Made by a program: the position numbers and the translations under genes | Notes under the pieces: generated by a model | Database searches by the model: none | What the model was told of the DNA's origin: nothing | Seen by the model: the letters and a program-made list of their open reading frames with translations, nothing else | In this document: positions 27,005 to 38,600 of the stretch, piece by piece | How positions within the stretch are numbered: the stretch's first letter is position 1 | Layout: each line of letters begins with the position of its first letter | From: Lactobacillaceae bacterium UBA5807 | GTDB taxonomy: Bacteria > Bacillota > Bacilli > Lactobacillales > Lactobacillaceae | DNA: 64,000 nucleotides | NCBI GenBank assembly: GCA_002418005.1 | Contig: DIDF01000056.1 | Span: 4,174-68,173 of the forward strand | Direction: 5' to 3'

Positions 27005-29737
27005 TTATTTAAACACTCCAATAGTTTTTGTCTGCTTTTTTCGATACCAGATCCGAATCAATTTAACAATCTCGGTAACTATCAAGACGATAAAACCAGC
27101 AATTGCCGGTACTACCCATCCATAGAAGAAGTTAATACTTCTGGTATGGAAAATATCCTGCATAAATGGGACGTAGGTGAATGCAACCTGCAAGAGCAAC
27201 AAAATGCCAATAATCACAAAGGACATCTTATTTTCAAAGAAATGTTTGGAAATAACTGGATAAGAATTCCGAATGTTAAACAGATAGAAAATCTTCCCAA
27301 AAAGAATGATATTAACCGTCATCGTGCTGGCATATAAAGGCTCCAAGGTTTTGTTTCCCACTAAAAGGTCAAACATGTAAATCCCAAGTCCAGCAATTAA
27401 TACCGACACATAGGCTATTTCTAAGACATCAACTTTTCCTAGGATTCCTTTGGCAACATTACGCGGCCCTCTAATCATAATTGATTCTTCAGCTGGCTCA
27501 AAGATAAATGCCAGCTGGATCGTTAAAGCAGAAACGGTATTGATCCAAAGAAGTTGAGTTGGATAAAGCGGCAGTTCCTGACCCATAATCATGCTAATTA
27601 AGACAACCAACCCTTCTGCAAAACTAGTAGGTAGTAAAAATCTAATTGTCTTGCGAATGTTATCAAAAACATGGCGGCCTTCTTTTACCGCATCAACGAT
27701 TGTAATAAAACTATCATTGACCAAAACCATATCAGCAGCTTCCTTTGCGACATCCGTTCCCTTAACTCCCATGGCAACGCCAATATTTGCCTGCTTGAGG
27801 GCAGCCGCGTCATTAACTCCATCACCAGTCATCGCAACGATCTTATCGTTAGCCTGCTGGGCTTTGACAATTCTTAATTTGTTTGCCGGAGTTGTTCTGG
27901 CAAAAACATTATATTTCCCAATATTTTTTTGCAATTCATCGTCAGACATTTCATCAAGTTGCGGACCGGTTATAGAAGTTATGGTTTCATCCAAATGAAG
28001 TTTTTCAGCAATTGCTGAAGCGGTATCAGGATGATCCCCGGTAATCATATTAACCTGCACACCAGCTTTTCTTAGCCGCTGAATTGCCGGGATAACTTCT
28101 TCTCTTGGTGGATCAATAATTCCAACAATGCCACTAAGTTGAAGTCCTTGAGCAATTTTATCTTTGTCAATTTGTTTGGTATCTAAAGAAACTTCTTTAA
28201 ATCCCAAAGCCACTACCCTAAGTCCCTGAGAGGTCAATTTATCAACTTTACCGTTCCAATAAGTGTCGTTGAAATGAGGATCGGATTCCTTAATCATATT
28301 AAAGATTGTTCCCGGAGCCCCTTTTAACATCAGGACCTTTTCGTCCTCAAAATTAACCAATCTTGCACTAAAACGATAAGCAGAATCAAAAGGTAAAGTG
28401 TCAACTTCATCAACCTCAGGGGCTCGACCTTTTAATTTATGAAATAAAGCTGTTAAAGCTCCGTCAGTTGGCTCACCGGTAATTGACCAAGCTCCTTGAT
28501 CGTAAATCAATTCAGCATCTGTGGTAACTCCGGCAATATTTACTAAATTTGCCAAATCAGAGTCTTTTTGCCAATCAAACTGTTTTCCGTTAAGTTCGAT
28601 ATTCCCAGATATTCCGGTTTGCTTGTCACCAAAACCAACTCCAGTAACTTTATAATGATTTCCTGAAGTTATAACGTCAGTAACCGTCATTTCATTCTTG
28701 GTTAACGTCCCAGTTTTATCAGTATCAACAATTTGGACAGCACCCAAAGTCTCGACTGCAGGTAACGTTTTAACAATCGCGCCCTTTTTGGTCATCTGCT
28801 GAACACCACGGGCAAGGACAACTGAAGTAGAAGCCGGCAATCCTTCAGGAACTGAGCCAACCACCATCGTAATAATCGCAATCGTCAAGGTTGGTAGACT
28901 ATATATTTTAGTAAATAACCCCACCACAAAGAGGATAATTGCGATTACCACAATGAATATTGAAAGATTAATGCCTAACTTGTTAAGATTCTGCATTAAA
29001 GGAGTAACTTGTTCCTTAACTTCAGAAACGCTCTTTTGAATTGTCCCAATTTCGGTGTTGGACCCAGTAGTAACAACGATCCCGACCCCTGAGCCCTGAG
29101 TAACTGAAGTTGACGCAAATGCCATATTTGCGCGTTCTGCCAAGGGAACCGTTTTTGAATCAATTGATTCTTCGATTTTTTCCACCGAATCACTTTCACC
29201 AGTTAAAGTTGACTCTTGAATTTTTAAATTATCGGCAGATATCAAGCGCAGATCTGCTGGGACAGCATCCCCTGCTTCAAGATTTACGATATCGCCAACC
29301 ACTAATTCTCTAGCCGGAATTGTGATTTTCTGTTTGTCACGGACAACGACAGCTTCCGAAACCAATAATTCTTTAATTTTGGTAAGGGCATTATCAGCTT
29401 GAAGCTCTTGGAAGAAACCAATAAACGCATTAGCAATAATGACAACCGCAATTACCGCGGAATCCGAATAGTGCTTCATGAAAAGAGTAATAACCGCTGC
29501 CACAATTAAAATATAAATAATACTGTTATTAAATTGCTTTAAAAACTGTAAAATTCGACTTTTCTTTTTGGCGGTTAATTCGTTATAACCATTTTCTTGA
29601 AGCCTTCTTTCAGCTTCTTTTTGGGCAAGACCGTTTTCTTCGTTACTTTTAAATCGGTTTAAAAGCTCTACTGTGCTTAACTGCCACAAATTATGGCTAG
29701 GAGGGTTAGCCTTTGTTTTAACCTCTTTTTCATTCAT
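27005..29737 (-). CDS. cation-transporting P-type ATPase (type II)
   Basis: TGES, PEGLP, DKTGT, MITGD and TGDGVND. Confidence 0.93.
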   Translation of the reverse strand: MNEKEVKTKANPPSHNLWQLSTVELLNRFKSNEENGLAQKEAERRLQENGYNELTAKKKSRILQFLKQFNNSIIYILIVAAVITLFMKHYSDSAVIAVVIIANAFIGFFQELQADNALTKIKELLVSEAVVVRDKQKITIPARELVVGDIVNLEAGDAVPADLRLISADNLKIQESTLTGESDSVEKIEESIDSKTVPLAERANMAFASTSVTQGSGVGIVVTTGSNTEIGTIQKSVSEVKEQVTPLMQNLNKLGINLSIFIVVIAIILFVVGLFTKIYSLPTLTIAIITMVVGSVPEGLPASTSVVLARGVQQMTKKGAIVKTLPAVETLGAVQIVDTDKTGTLTKNEMTVTDVITSGNHYKVTGVGFGDKQTGISGNIELNGKQFDWQKDSDLANLVNIAGVTTDAELIYDQGAWSITGEPTDGALTALFHKLKGRAPEVDEVDTLPFDSAYRFSARLVNFEDEKVLMLKGAPGTIFNMIKESDPHFNDTYWNGKVDKLTSQGLRVVALGFKEVSLDTKQIDKDKIAQGLQLSGIVGIIDPPREEVIPAIQRLRKAGVQVNMITGDHPDTASAIAEKLHLDETITSITGPQLDEMSDDELQKNIGKYNVFARTTPANKLRIVKAQQANDKIVAMTGDGVNDAAALKQANIGVAMGVKGTDVAKEAADMVLVNDSFITIVDAVKEGRHVFDNIRKTIRFLLPTSFAEGLVVLISMIMGQELPLYPTQLLWINTVSALTIQLAFIFEPAEESIMIRGPRNVAKGILGKVDVLEIAYVSVLIAGLGIYMFDLLVGNKTLEPLYASTMTVNIILFGKIFYLFNIRNSYPVISKHFFENKMSFVIIGILLLLQVAFTYVPFMQDIFHTRSINFFYGWVVPAIAGFIVLIVTEIVKLIRIWYRKKQTKTIGVFK

Positions 29738-29897
29738 TGAATCACCAATCCTTCTTAAAATTTGTCATATTTATTAGTATGATATCTAAATCTGTGGGTT
29801 TAGTAAACTTATATAATTCCAAATACCAAAATATTTTTGGCAGCAGTTTGAATATAAAATAAAAGCTAAAAATTAAGTTAATTTTTTGAGCACAAAT

Positions 29898-29944
29898 AAA
29901 GCGAATGATCCAAGGAAATATTTTCTTGGATCATTCGCTTTTTT
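29898..29944. terminator. intrinsic terminator of the suf operon
   Basis: AAAGCGAATGATCCAAG...CTTGGATCATTCGCTTT. Confidence 0.75.
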
Positions 29945-30006
29945 CTTAAACATTATTAAAGTTAAAAACTGGTTAGACTAAGTTTGATTTTGACCATCTA
30001 ATCAGC

Positions 30007-30321
30007 CTAAGCCAAACCAAGTTCCATTCGGGTCTCCAAAGACATCCGATCCATTGTCCATTTTGGCTCCCAAACCAAATTAATTTTCACTTTTTTCACT
30101 TCATCAAATCCCATTAATTCGTCTTCAATGGATTGGTTAAGATATTCCGTTAGCGGACAGCCGGCAATTGTCAATGTCATCGTAACCGTACATAATCCCT
30201 TATCATCAAGTTCAATGTTGTAAATGAGTCCAAGATTAACTAAGTCAATTCCCAGTTCAGGATCAATGACATTTTCCAAAGCAGCCATTGCTTTTTGTTT
30301 AAACGGTACTTTTTCACTCAT
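30007..30321 (-). CDS. sufT: SufT/PaaD (DUF59) Fe-S assembly protein
   Basis: VIDPELGIDLVNLGL, MTLT..GCP and WEP.W. Confidence 0.88.
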   Translation of the reverse strand: MSEKVPFKQKAMAALENVIDPELGIDLVNLGLIYNIELDDKGLCTVTMTLTIAGCPLTEYLNQSIEDELMGFDEVKKVKINLVWEPKWTMDRMSLETRMELGLA

Positions 30322-30332
30322 ATAAAGGCCTC

Positions 30333-31736
30333 CTAACCAATTGCGCCTTCCATTTCAAAACTAATCAGCCGATTTAATTCAACCGCATACTCCATTGGTA
30401 ACTGTTTAGTAAATGGTTCAACGAAGCTCATAACGGTCATTTCTGTCGCTTTTCTTTCCGAAATCCCTCTGCTCATCAAATAATAAAGCTGTTCTTCGGA
30501 AATCTTCGAAACTTTGGCTTCATGTTCCATGGCAACATTGTTATTCAAAATCTCGTTATATGGGATAGTATCACTAGTTGACTTATCGTCCATAATAATC
30601 GTGTCGCATTCCACATGGGCAAATGATCCATCTGAATTTCTGGCAAATTTAACTTTGCCCCGATAATCAACCGCGCCACCGTCTTTAGAAATAGATTTAG
30701 AAACGACTGATGAAGAAGTATTTGGGGCGTTATGAATCATTTGGGCCCCAGTATCGGAATCAATTCCCTTACCAGCAACGGCAATCGACAGCATTGTTCC
30801 TCTGGCACCCTCACCATTCAAGTAAACAGATGGATATTTCATGGTGACTTTAGAGCCTAAATTACCATCCACCCATTCCATAACTGCATGATCCAAAGCT
30901 TGGGCTCGTTTAGTTTCCAAACTATAAACGTTGGTCGACCAATTTTGAATTGTAGTATATCGACAATAAGCATTTGGCAAGACGTTAACCTCAACAACCG
31001 CTGCATGCAAGCTGTCTGCTTTATACGTAGGAGCCGTGCAGCCTTCAACATATTCCAGATGAGCACCTTCATCAACGATGATAAGGGTTCTCTCAAATTG
31101 ACCTGAAAGTTCAGCGTTAATCCGGAAATATGCTTGAATTGGCGTACTGACAGTTACACCCTTAGGAACGTAAATGAAGGTACCGCCAGACCAAACTGCC
31201 GAATTCAAAGCAGCATATTTGTTATTAGTTGGTTTAACTAATTTGCCAAACCACTTTTTAAATAATTCAGGATACTTTTGCAGAGCGGTATCAGTATCAG
31301 TAAAAATAATACCTAACTTTTCAAATTGGTCGCGCATATTGTGGTATACAACTTCGGATTCATATTGAGCTGAGGATCCCGCCAAATATTTTCTTTCAGC
31401 TTGAGGAACACCCAAACGATCAAAAGTCTGTTTGATCTTATCAGGAACATCATCCCAATCTCGGTACTTTTTATCAGTTGCTCGTTGGAAAAAGCTCAGA
31501 TTATCCAAATCAAGTTTAGATAAATCCGGTCCAAAATCTGGATCGGGCATTTTTAAGAAAGTTTGATAGGCCTTCAGCCGATAATCCAGCATCCATTGCG
31601 GTTCGTGTTTGGCTTTGGAAATCTCTCGAATAATGTCCTCATTTAACCCGCGGCCAGTTGAATATACTGGCTTGACATCGTCATGAAAACCATATTCGTA
31701 ATTATCATCACCAATAATTTCTGAAGCTTCAGTCAT
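30333..31736 (-). CDS. sufB: Fe-S cluster assembly protein SufB
   Basis: [31 protein letters not shown] and LPMEYAVE. Confidence 0.95.
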   Translation of the reverse strand: MTEASEIIGDDNYEYGFHDDVKPVYSTGRGLNEDIIREISKAKHEPQWMLDYRLKAYQTFLKMPDPDFGPDLSKLDLDNLSFFQRATDKKYRDWDDVPDKIKQTFDRLGVPQAERKYLAGSSAQYESEVVYHNMRDQFEKLGIIFTDTDTALQKYPELFKKWFGKLVKPTNNKYAALNSAVWSGGTFIYVPKGVTVSTPIQAYFRINAELSGQFERTLIIVDEGAHLEYVEGCTAPTYKADSLHAAVVEVNVLPNAYCRYTTIQNWSTNVYSLETKRAQALDHAVMEWVDGNLGSKVTMKYPSVYLNGEGARGTMLSIAVAGKGIDSDTGAQMIHNAPNTSSSVVSKSISKDGGAVDYRGKVKFARNSDGSFAHVECDTIIMDDKSTSDTIPYNEILNNNVAMEHEAKVSKISEEQLYYLMSRGISERKATEMTVMSFVEPFTKQLPMEYAVELNRLISFEMEGAIG

Positions 31737-32178
31737 CTTTGCCACCTTCTTTATTAAGTAATTCATCAGCAGCGTGCCAAGCTAAAGCCGCACACTTAAT
31801 TCTTGCCGGAAACTCAGCCACAACGCCAATAACGGCAGCATCCCCAAGTTCATCCATGGCTTTATCACTAATTTTCTTGCCCTGAATCAACTGCGAAAAA
31901 TCACTAATTAATTGGCGAGCTTTTTTAATTTTTTTACCCTTGATAACTGTGGTCATGATACTTGCCGAAGCCTGAGAAATTGTGCATCCCGAGCCGGTAA
32001 AAGCAATATCATCAATCACTCCATCCGAGACTTTAGAAAAAACGTCAATTGAATCACCACAAGTCGGGTTATCCATGTGAAACTTTGGAACATTCTCAAT
32101 TTCCCGCTTATTTTGCGGATAGTTGGCGTTATCCAAAATCACTGCTTTATATAGTTCATTTAGTTTCGCTAACCCCAT
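31729..32178 (-). CDS. sufU: SufU scaffold / sulfur-transfer protein
   Basis: [16 protein letters not shown] and RIKCA. Confidence 0.93.
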   Translation of the reverse strand: MGLAKLNELYKAVILDNANYPQNKREIENVPKFHMDNPTCGDSIDVFSKVSDGVIDDIAFTGSGCTISQASASIMTTVIKGKKIKKARQLISDFSQLIQGKKISDKAMDELGDAAVIGVVAEFPARIKCAALAWHAADELLNKEGGKDD

Positions 32179-33403
32179 TTGAGAAAAACTCCTTTACTTG
32201 TTCTAGTGAATCAACCAACTTATTTCCTTCATCAACAGTATTGTAAAAGTAAAAACTGGCTCGCGCAGTTGCGGTCAAATTTAAATAATCCATCAAAGGT
32301 TGGGCACAGTGGTGACCGGCCCGAACAGCAATCCCATTCATGTCCAAAGCAGTTGCGACGTCGTGAGGATGGATTCCCTTTAAATTAAAGGCAAAAGTTG
32401 CGGTGTGCTTGTTCGGATCTTGTGGACCATAAACCTTAATTCCGTCAATTTTTAAAAGCTTCGGCAAAATTTCTTCAGTCAAATCATGTTCATAAGCCTG
32501 GATATTTTTCATACCAATTTTATTTAAATAGTCAATGGCAGCGCCTAAAGCAATTGCCCCACTTATGTTGGGAGTGCCTGCTTCGAACTTCCAAGGAGAC
32601 TCTTTAAATTCAGCAGTTTGTTCATGAACTGATGAGATCATTTCTCCACCAAACTGAGCAGGTCTCATAATTTTTAATAATTCTGGTTTGCCATAAAGAA
32701 TGCCAATGCCAGTTGGGGCCAACATCTTATGCCCAGAAAAAGCATAAAAGTCAACATCTAAGTCACTCACATCAATAGGCATATGGGGAGCGGCTTGAGC
32801 ACCATCGGCAATCAAATATGCACCATTTTTATGAGCCAGCTTTGCCAGTTCCTTGATTGGATTAACTACTCCTAAGACATTAGAAGCATGAGCAATCGAA
32901 ACAATCTTAGTTTTTGCCGTAATAGTGTCTTCAGCACTTTGCAGGTCCAATTCGCCATCAGAGGTAAGTTGAATGTATTTTAGAACAGCATGTTTTCTTT
33001 TGGCTAATTGTTGCCAAGGAACAATGTTACTGTGGTGTTCCATTTCCGAGATGACAATTTCATCACCTTCATTGACAACTTGATCTGCGAAAGTTGAAGC
33101 AATCCAATTTAAACTTTCTGTAGTTGACCTGGTATAAACAATTGAATGTTGGTCAGAAGCATTAATAAATTTAGCAACCTTGTCTCTGGCCTCTTCAAAC
33201 TGTTTGGTTGCCCGTTCTGCTAAGGTATGCACGCCGCGATGGACATTAGCATTATCGTTTAGATAATAATGGGAAATTTTATCGATTACTTGAATCGGTT
33301 TTTGAGTTGTTGCGGCATTATCCAAATATACTAAATCTTCGCCGTTAACTTTTTGGTTTAATATAGGAAAGTCTTTGCGATACTCACTTAGATTCTGGGT
33401 CAT
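32156..33403 (-). CDS. sufS: cysteine desulfurase SufS
   Basis: YLDNAATTQKP, SGHKM and RAGHHCAQP. Confidence 0.95.
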   Translation of the reverse strand: MTQNLSEYRKDFPILNQKVNGEDLVYLDNAATTQKPIQVIDKISHYYLNDNANVHRGVHTLAERATKQFEEARDKVAKFINASDQHSIVYTRSTTESLNWIASTFADQVVNEGDEIVISEMEHHSNIVPWQQLAKRKHAVLKYIQLTSDGELDLQSAEDTITAKTKIVSIAHASNVLGVVNPIKELAKLAHKNGAYLIADGAQAAPHMPIDVSDLDVDFYAFSGHKMLAPTGIGILYGKPELLKIMRPAQFGGEMISSVHEQTAEFKESPWKFEAGTPNISGAIALGAAIDYLNKIGMKNIQAYEHDLTEEILPKLLKIDGIKVYGPQDPNKHTATFAFNLKGIHPHDVATALDMNGIAVRAGHHCAQPLMDYLNLTATARASFYFYNTVDEGNKLVDSLEQVKEFFSNGVSETK

Positions 33404-34679
33404 TTTGTAACTTCCTTTCAATCATTGCAACCATCTGCTCGCGAACTGCGGGAATTGGGACATTAGATAACACCACTCCTAGAAAACCCCTAACAACTAA
33501 CCTTTGGGCAACTTCTTTGGAAAGTCCCCGACTCATTAAATAATAAAGTTGTTTTTTATTTATTTGGCCAACACTGGCAGCATGACCGGCAATAACATCA
33601 TTTTCATCAATCAATAAGATTGGATTAGCATCGCCATGAGCTTTTGGTGATAGCATCAAAATCCGATTCTCTTGTTGAGCTTTTGATCCATGAGCACCAT
33701 GAATTATCTTACCAATCCCGTTAAAGATTAGAGTTGAACTATCGAGCAGAACTCCTATTTGTAAAATATTTCCTTCGGTATGGCGACCGTAGTTAGTTAC
33801 TTGGGTGTCAAGGCCCTGAGTTTGGCGGCCAGTAGAGATAGCAACAGTCTGCATTTCAGTATGAGAACCAACTCCATAAAGATCTGAGTCAAAATCAGCA
33901 ATCGTTGATCCATTATTAAAGATTCCCATTGCCCAATCAATTCGCGCATCCTCTTTAAGATGACCTTTGCGATTGAAGTACGCATAAGTTTTTGGTCCCA
34001 GACAATCTAGTGAATTGTATTGAACATGGCTGTCCTGATCAGCAATTATTTCAGCGGTTAGGTGAGCGGGATTGGCTATGTCGCCAATCGTTTCAGTCCT
34101 TTGAAAAACGTTAAACCGACTGTTTTTGCCAGCAACAATCAAAGTGTGGTCAATAAACATTTCTTCTTGACGACTATCTTGAATCGTCAGCAGCTTAATC
34201 GGGTCTTTTAATTGGACGTTATCAGGAACGTACAAAAACGTGCCATTATTCATTAGGGCTAAATTGATTGCTGTCAGACGATCTTCATTAGGGTCAATTG
34301 CAAATTGATAAAGGTATTTTTGAACCAGATCACCATAATTCTTGATGGCATCTGCCATGCTGCAAAGAATTACACCCTGAGACAAAAAGTTAGCAAGTTC
34401 ATTTTTGATATTTCTATTACCAAGATTAACAAAAGTATAATCTGCAAGCTGATCCTTAACTGATTTCGGAATTTCTAAGTCTGCTTGTTTTTTTGTAGAA
34501 AATTCCAAAAGCGGCCAGCTACTGTAATTTACCTTAGCAAAAACAGGTAAAGGTAAATCTTGGCTTTTTTCAAAAGCTTGGTTTCTCATTTCGGACAGCC
34601 AATCTGGCTCTTGATCAAATTTAGCAGCCGAAACAAATTTTGGGTCTAAAACCGCGTGTTTAATACCGTTCAACTTCAC
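33384..34679 (-). CDS. sufD: Fe-S cluster assembly protein SufD
   Basis: FNGIGKI, ANPILLIDENDV.AGHAAS and YYLMSRGL. Confidence 0.93.
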   Translation of the reverse strand: MKLNGIKHAVLDPKFVSAAKFDQEPDWLSEMRNQAFEKSQDLPLPVFAKVNYSSWPLLEFSTKKQADLEIPKSVKDQLADYTFVNLGNRNIKNELANFLSQGVILCSMADAIKNYGDLVQKYLYQFAIDPNEDRLTAINLALMNNGTFLYVPDNVQLKDPIKLLTIQDSRQEEMFIDHTLIVAGKNSRFNVFQRTETIGDIANPAHLTAEIIADQDSHVQYNSLDCLGPKTYAYFNRKGHLKEDARIDWAMGIFNNGSTIADFDSDLYGVGSHTEMQTVAISTGRQTQGLDTQVTNYGRHTEGNILQIGVLLDSSTLIFNGIGKIIHGAHGSKAQQENRILMLSPKAHGDANPILLIDENDVIAGHAASVGQINKKQLYYLMSRGLSKEVAQRLVVRGFLGVVLSNVPIPAVREQMVAMIERKLQNDPESK

Positions 34680-35494
34680 TCACCTCGATTGGTCGAAGCA
34701 ACATCATCGTCCACTAGAGAAACATTAATTCCTAATTCATCCCTTAATCCGGCATAGCCTTTTTCTTCAAGTTATTCGGCCAATGAAGCATCGCCAGTTT
34801 TAACGATCCGGCCATCCATCATAACGTGAACCTGGTCTGGATGAATATAATTTAGCAGTCGCTGATAATGAGTAATCATTAACACACCAAAGTTTGGGCT
34901 TAACATATGATTAACTCCCTTAGCAACAACTTGAAGGGCATCAATATCCAAGCCGGAATCAATTTCATCTAAAATCGCAAACTTAGGCTTAATCATCATC
35001 ATCTGCAGAATTTCGTTACGTTTTTTCTCACCGCCAGAAAATCCTTCATTTAAATAACGCTCAGTCATTTTGTCACTCATATTTAAGATTCCAAGGTTTT
35101 CCTTTAATTTATCAAGAAACTTTTTAATTGGCAGCGGTCCTTGTTCGTTTCTAGTAACGTTAACTGCCGTTCTAATAAATTCAAGATTAGTAATTCCTTT
35201 AATCTCAACCGGATATTGCATCGCTAAAAACAATCCGGCCCGAGCACGTTGATCAACGGTCATTGTCGAAAGATCCTGACCATCAAGTTCAATTGATCCT
35301 TTTGTTATATGATAATTTGGGTTACCCATAATTGTTTCAGATAAAGTCGATTTACCTGTTCCATTTGGCCCCATGATTGCGTGAGTTTCGCCGGTGTGCA
35401 TTTCAAGGTTGACACCTTTTAAAATTTCTTTGCTCTTCTTATCTTCTTCGTCGTTAACACTGACATGTAAATTAGATACCTTTAATGTGGCCAT
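34676..35494 (-). CDS. sufC: SufC ATPase interrupted by an in-frame TAA at 34772-34774; the conserved frame continues to 34676
   Basis: MGPNGTGKS, GFSGGEKKRNE and LDEIDSGLD. After the TAA it reads LEEKGYAGLRDELGI... ending in a TGA that overlaps the sufD GTG. Confidence 0.9.
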
Positions 35495-35534
35495 TAGCGA
35501 ACCCCTTTCAAATTTTGTAGTTAAAATTAGTCCA

Positions 35535-35636
35535 ATTATAGTCTTACTTCCATCTTCTTTTCAACACCGGATTTTAATTAAAAGCTCAAAATTGCCATTG
35601 AAACATTAGAAATATGAGAATATGATTAGAGCAATA
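35535..35636. promoter_or_regulatory. back-to-back sigma-70 promoters for suf (minus) and gltBD (plus)
   Basis: Minus strand TTGAAA-18-TATAAT (35535-35564); plus strand TTGAAA-17-TATGAT (35608-35636). Confidence 0.55.
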
Positions 35637-35663
35637 TCTGGATTTTTCTAAGGTGGGTGTCTT

Positions 35664-38600
35664 ATGACTGATTTACAAAAAGATAACAAGCTCATGTATT
35701 CGCCAAAGTTCGAACATGATGCTTGTGGAATGGGCTTCATTACTCAGATTCACGGAAAAGCCAGCCATTCGCTCGTTGAAAAAGCATTAACAATGCTTCA
35801 ACGAATGAACCATCGTGGTGGAACCGGAGCCGAACCAGACACCGGTGACGGTGCTGGAATTTTGATGGCGATGCCTGATGAATTCTTCCATGAACAGCTC
35901 AAATCTCAAGGAATCGCTTTACCTCAAAAGGGTGATTATGCTGTCGCACAATTATTTTTACCTCACGATAAAGAGAAAAAAGAAACAATGCTTAAGGCAG
36001 TTCTTGATAATATCGAGGCTGCCGGCAATTTAGTGATTGGAACCCGCGAAGTTCCTTTTGTTTACGAAAATTGTGGTCCGGCTGCTCAACATTCAATGCC
36101 AGGTTTTGTGCAAGTATTTATTCAGCGTTCAGTTGATGTCAAACCCGGCCAAGATTTTGAAGACAATCTCTATGTGTTACGACGCCACTTGGAAAAGACT
36201 TTTGATCGAACAGCGATGTACATATGCTCATTATCAAGTAGAACGGTTGTTTACAAGGGAATGCTTCATGCCTATCAAGTCGGCTTGTTCTACCCCGACC
36301 TTCATGATAAGCACATGAAGAGTGCAATTTGTTTAATTCACTCGCGTTTTTCAACTAATACATTTCCTAGCTGGGATCGGGCTCAACCTTTCCGATTCTT
36401 AGCTCACAATGGGGAAATAAATACTTTAAAGGGTGCCGAAAACTGGATGACCAGCCACGGCATTGAAATTTATGACGAAGATGATTCCGATTCTGCCAAA
36501 CTGGAAAACTGTATGGAATATCTTTATCGTCACGGACGAACTATCCCACAATCATTAATGATGATGGTTCCAGAAGCTTGGGGGTCAGGTGCAAGTCTTC
36601 CTCAGGCCCAACGATCATTTGATGAATATAACGCAACATTTATTGCTCCTTGGGACGGGCCGGCTGCGCTTTGTTTTACCGACGGGATTCAGGTTGGCGC
36701 CTTCTTGGACCGTAACGGCTTAAGACCTTCCAGATACACTTTGACAAATAACGATGAATTTATTGTTGCCTCCGAATCTGGCACTGTTGACGTTGAGCCT
36801 AAGGACATCGTCGATAAAGGAATTCTTTCACCGGCAGAAATGATTCTGGTGGACACATCTACCGGAAAGATCCATAAAACCAACGAATTAAAAGAAAAAT
36901 ACTCAAATTCACATCCTTATCAGCAGTGGTTAAGTGCTAACCGAATAAATCTGGACAATCTTCCTGATGTAAAAGTTGAAGACGGAATGTCTGACGCTGC
37001 CTTGAAAAAACTTTGGCTTAGAAATGGCTACACCCAAGAAGTCATTGAAACTGCATTGGTTCCGATGGCAGAAAATAGTGGTGAGCCAGTCATAGCCATG
37101 GGATTTGATTCTCCACTGGCAGTTTTAAGCAAAAAACCGCAATCACTTTTTACCTATTTTAAACAGGCCTTTGCGCAAGTTACTAACCCGCCAATCGACC
37201 CGTTAAGAGAAAAAATTGTTATTGGCACCACTGTCTTCTTGGGCAGAGACGCCGATTTTACAAAAGATATTCCGGAAAACTGTCAAAAACTAAAAATATC
37301 TTCGCCAATGTTAAGTGATCAAGATTATGCCAAAATTTTAAGCTTGGACTTACCAACTTTAAGAGTGGCAAAAATATCATTAGCATATGATTTAAATTCA
37401 ACCCCTGATCGGCTTGAACATGCTTTAAAAGAAATGTTCAACCAAGCAGAAGTCGCAATTGATAACGGCGCCACAATTTTGGTATTAAATGACGATGATG
37501 CCAAAGCTAACCAAATGACAATTCCAGCCTTATTAGCAGTTTCTGGATTGCATAATTACTTAGTCAAACAAGGGAAAGATATTAAGGCATCGATTGTCAT
37601 TAATACCGCTGAAGCCTGTGAAGTTCACCATTTTGCTTGTCTTTTAGGATATGGAGCTTCAGCAATTCATCCTTATGGTGCATACGCCACGCTTTCTAAG
37701 CGTGGGTATGGCAACAAGTTAGATAATTATCGTGAAGCTGCTACAAAGGGAATCATTAAGATTATGAGCCGAATGGGGATTTCGACAATTGCCGGGTACC
37801 AAGGAGCGCAGTTATTTGAGGCTGTCGGAATTTCTGATGAGGTTATCGATCAATACTTCACCGGAACGCCAACCAGACTTGGAGGAATTGATCTAAATCA
37901 AATTGAAGATGAATACCTCAAAAAGTATCAATTAGCATACAGTACTCATGCCATTGATGATTTACAATCTGGCGGCAGCTTCCAGTTTAAAGAGGACGGC
38001 GAAGCCCACCTTTATAACCCAGAAACAATTTACCAGTTTCAAAAAGCAGTTCGCAAAGGAAATTATTCAGAATACAAGAAATATACTAAAAAGATGGCCG
38101 AACAATCCAAAGAAAATCCGATTACTTTGCGATCAATGTGGGAAATTAAAAATAATGGCAATAATCCGGTGCCAATTAACGAAGTTGAACCGGTTTCTTC
38201 TATCGTTAAACGATTTAAATCCGGGGCAATGAGTTTTGGTGCTCTCTCTCAGGAAGCTCACGAAACAATCGCCATTGCTATGAACAGCCTTGGCGCTAGA
38301 AGCAACTCTGGTGAAGGTGGTGAAGATCGCCGCAGATTTAAAGTTGGTCCTGATGGACTGGATAGAAACAGCAAAATCAAACAAGTTTCTACCGCCCGCT
38401 TTGGGGTTAACGCTGAATATTTAATGAGTGCCGAGGAAATTCAAATCAAAATGGCCCAAGGAGCCAAGCCTGGTGAAGGCGGTCAGCTTCCTGCCGGCAA
38501 AGCCTATCCATGGGTTGCCAGCATTAGAGGCTCAATTGCCGGGGTGCAGTTGATTTCACCACCGCCTCATCATGATATTTATTCCATCGAAGATTTAGCT

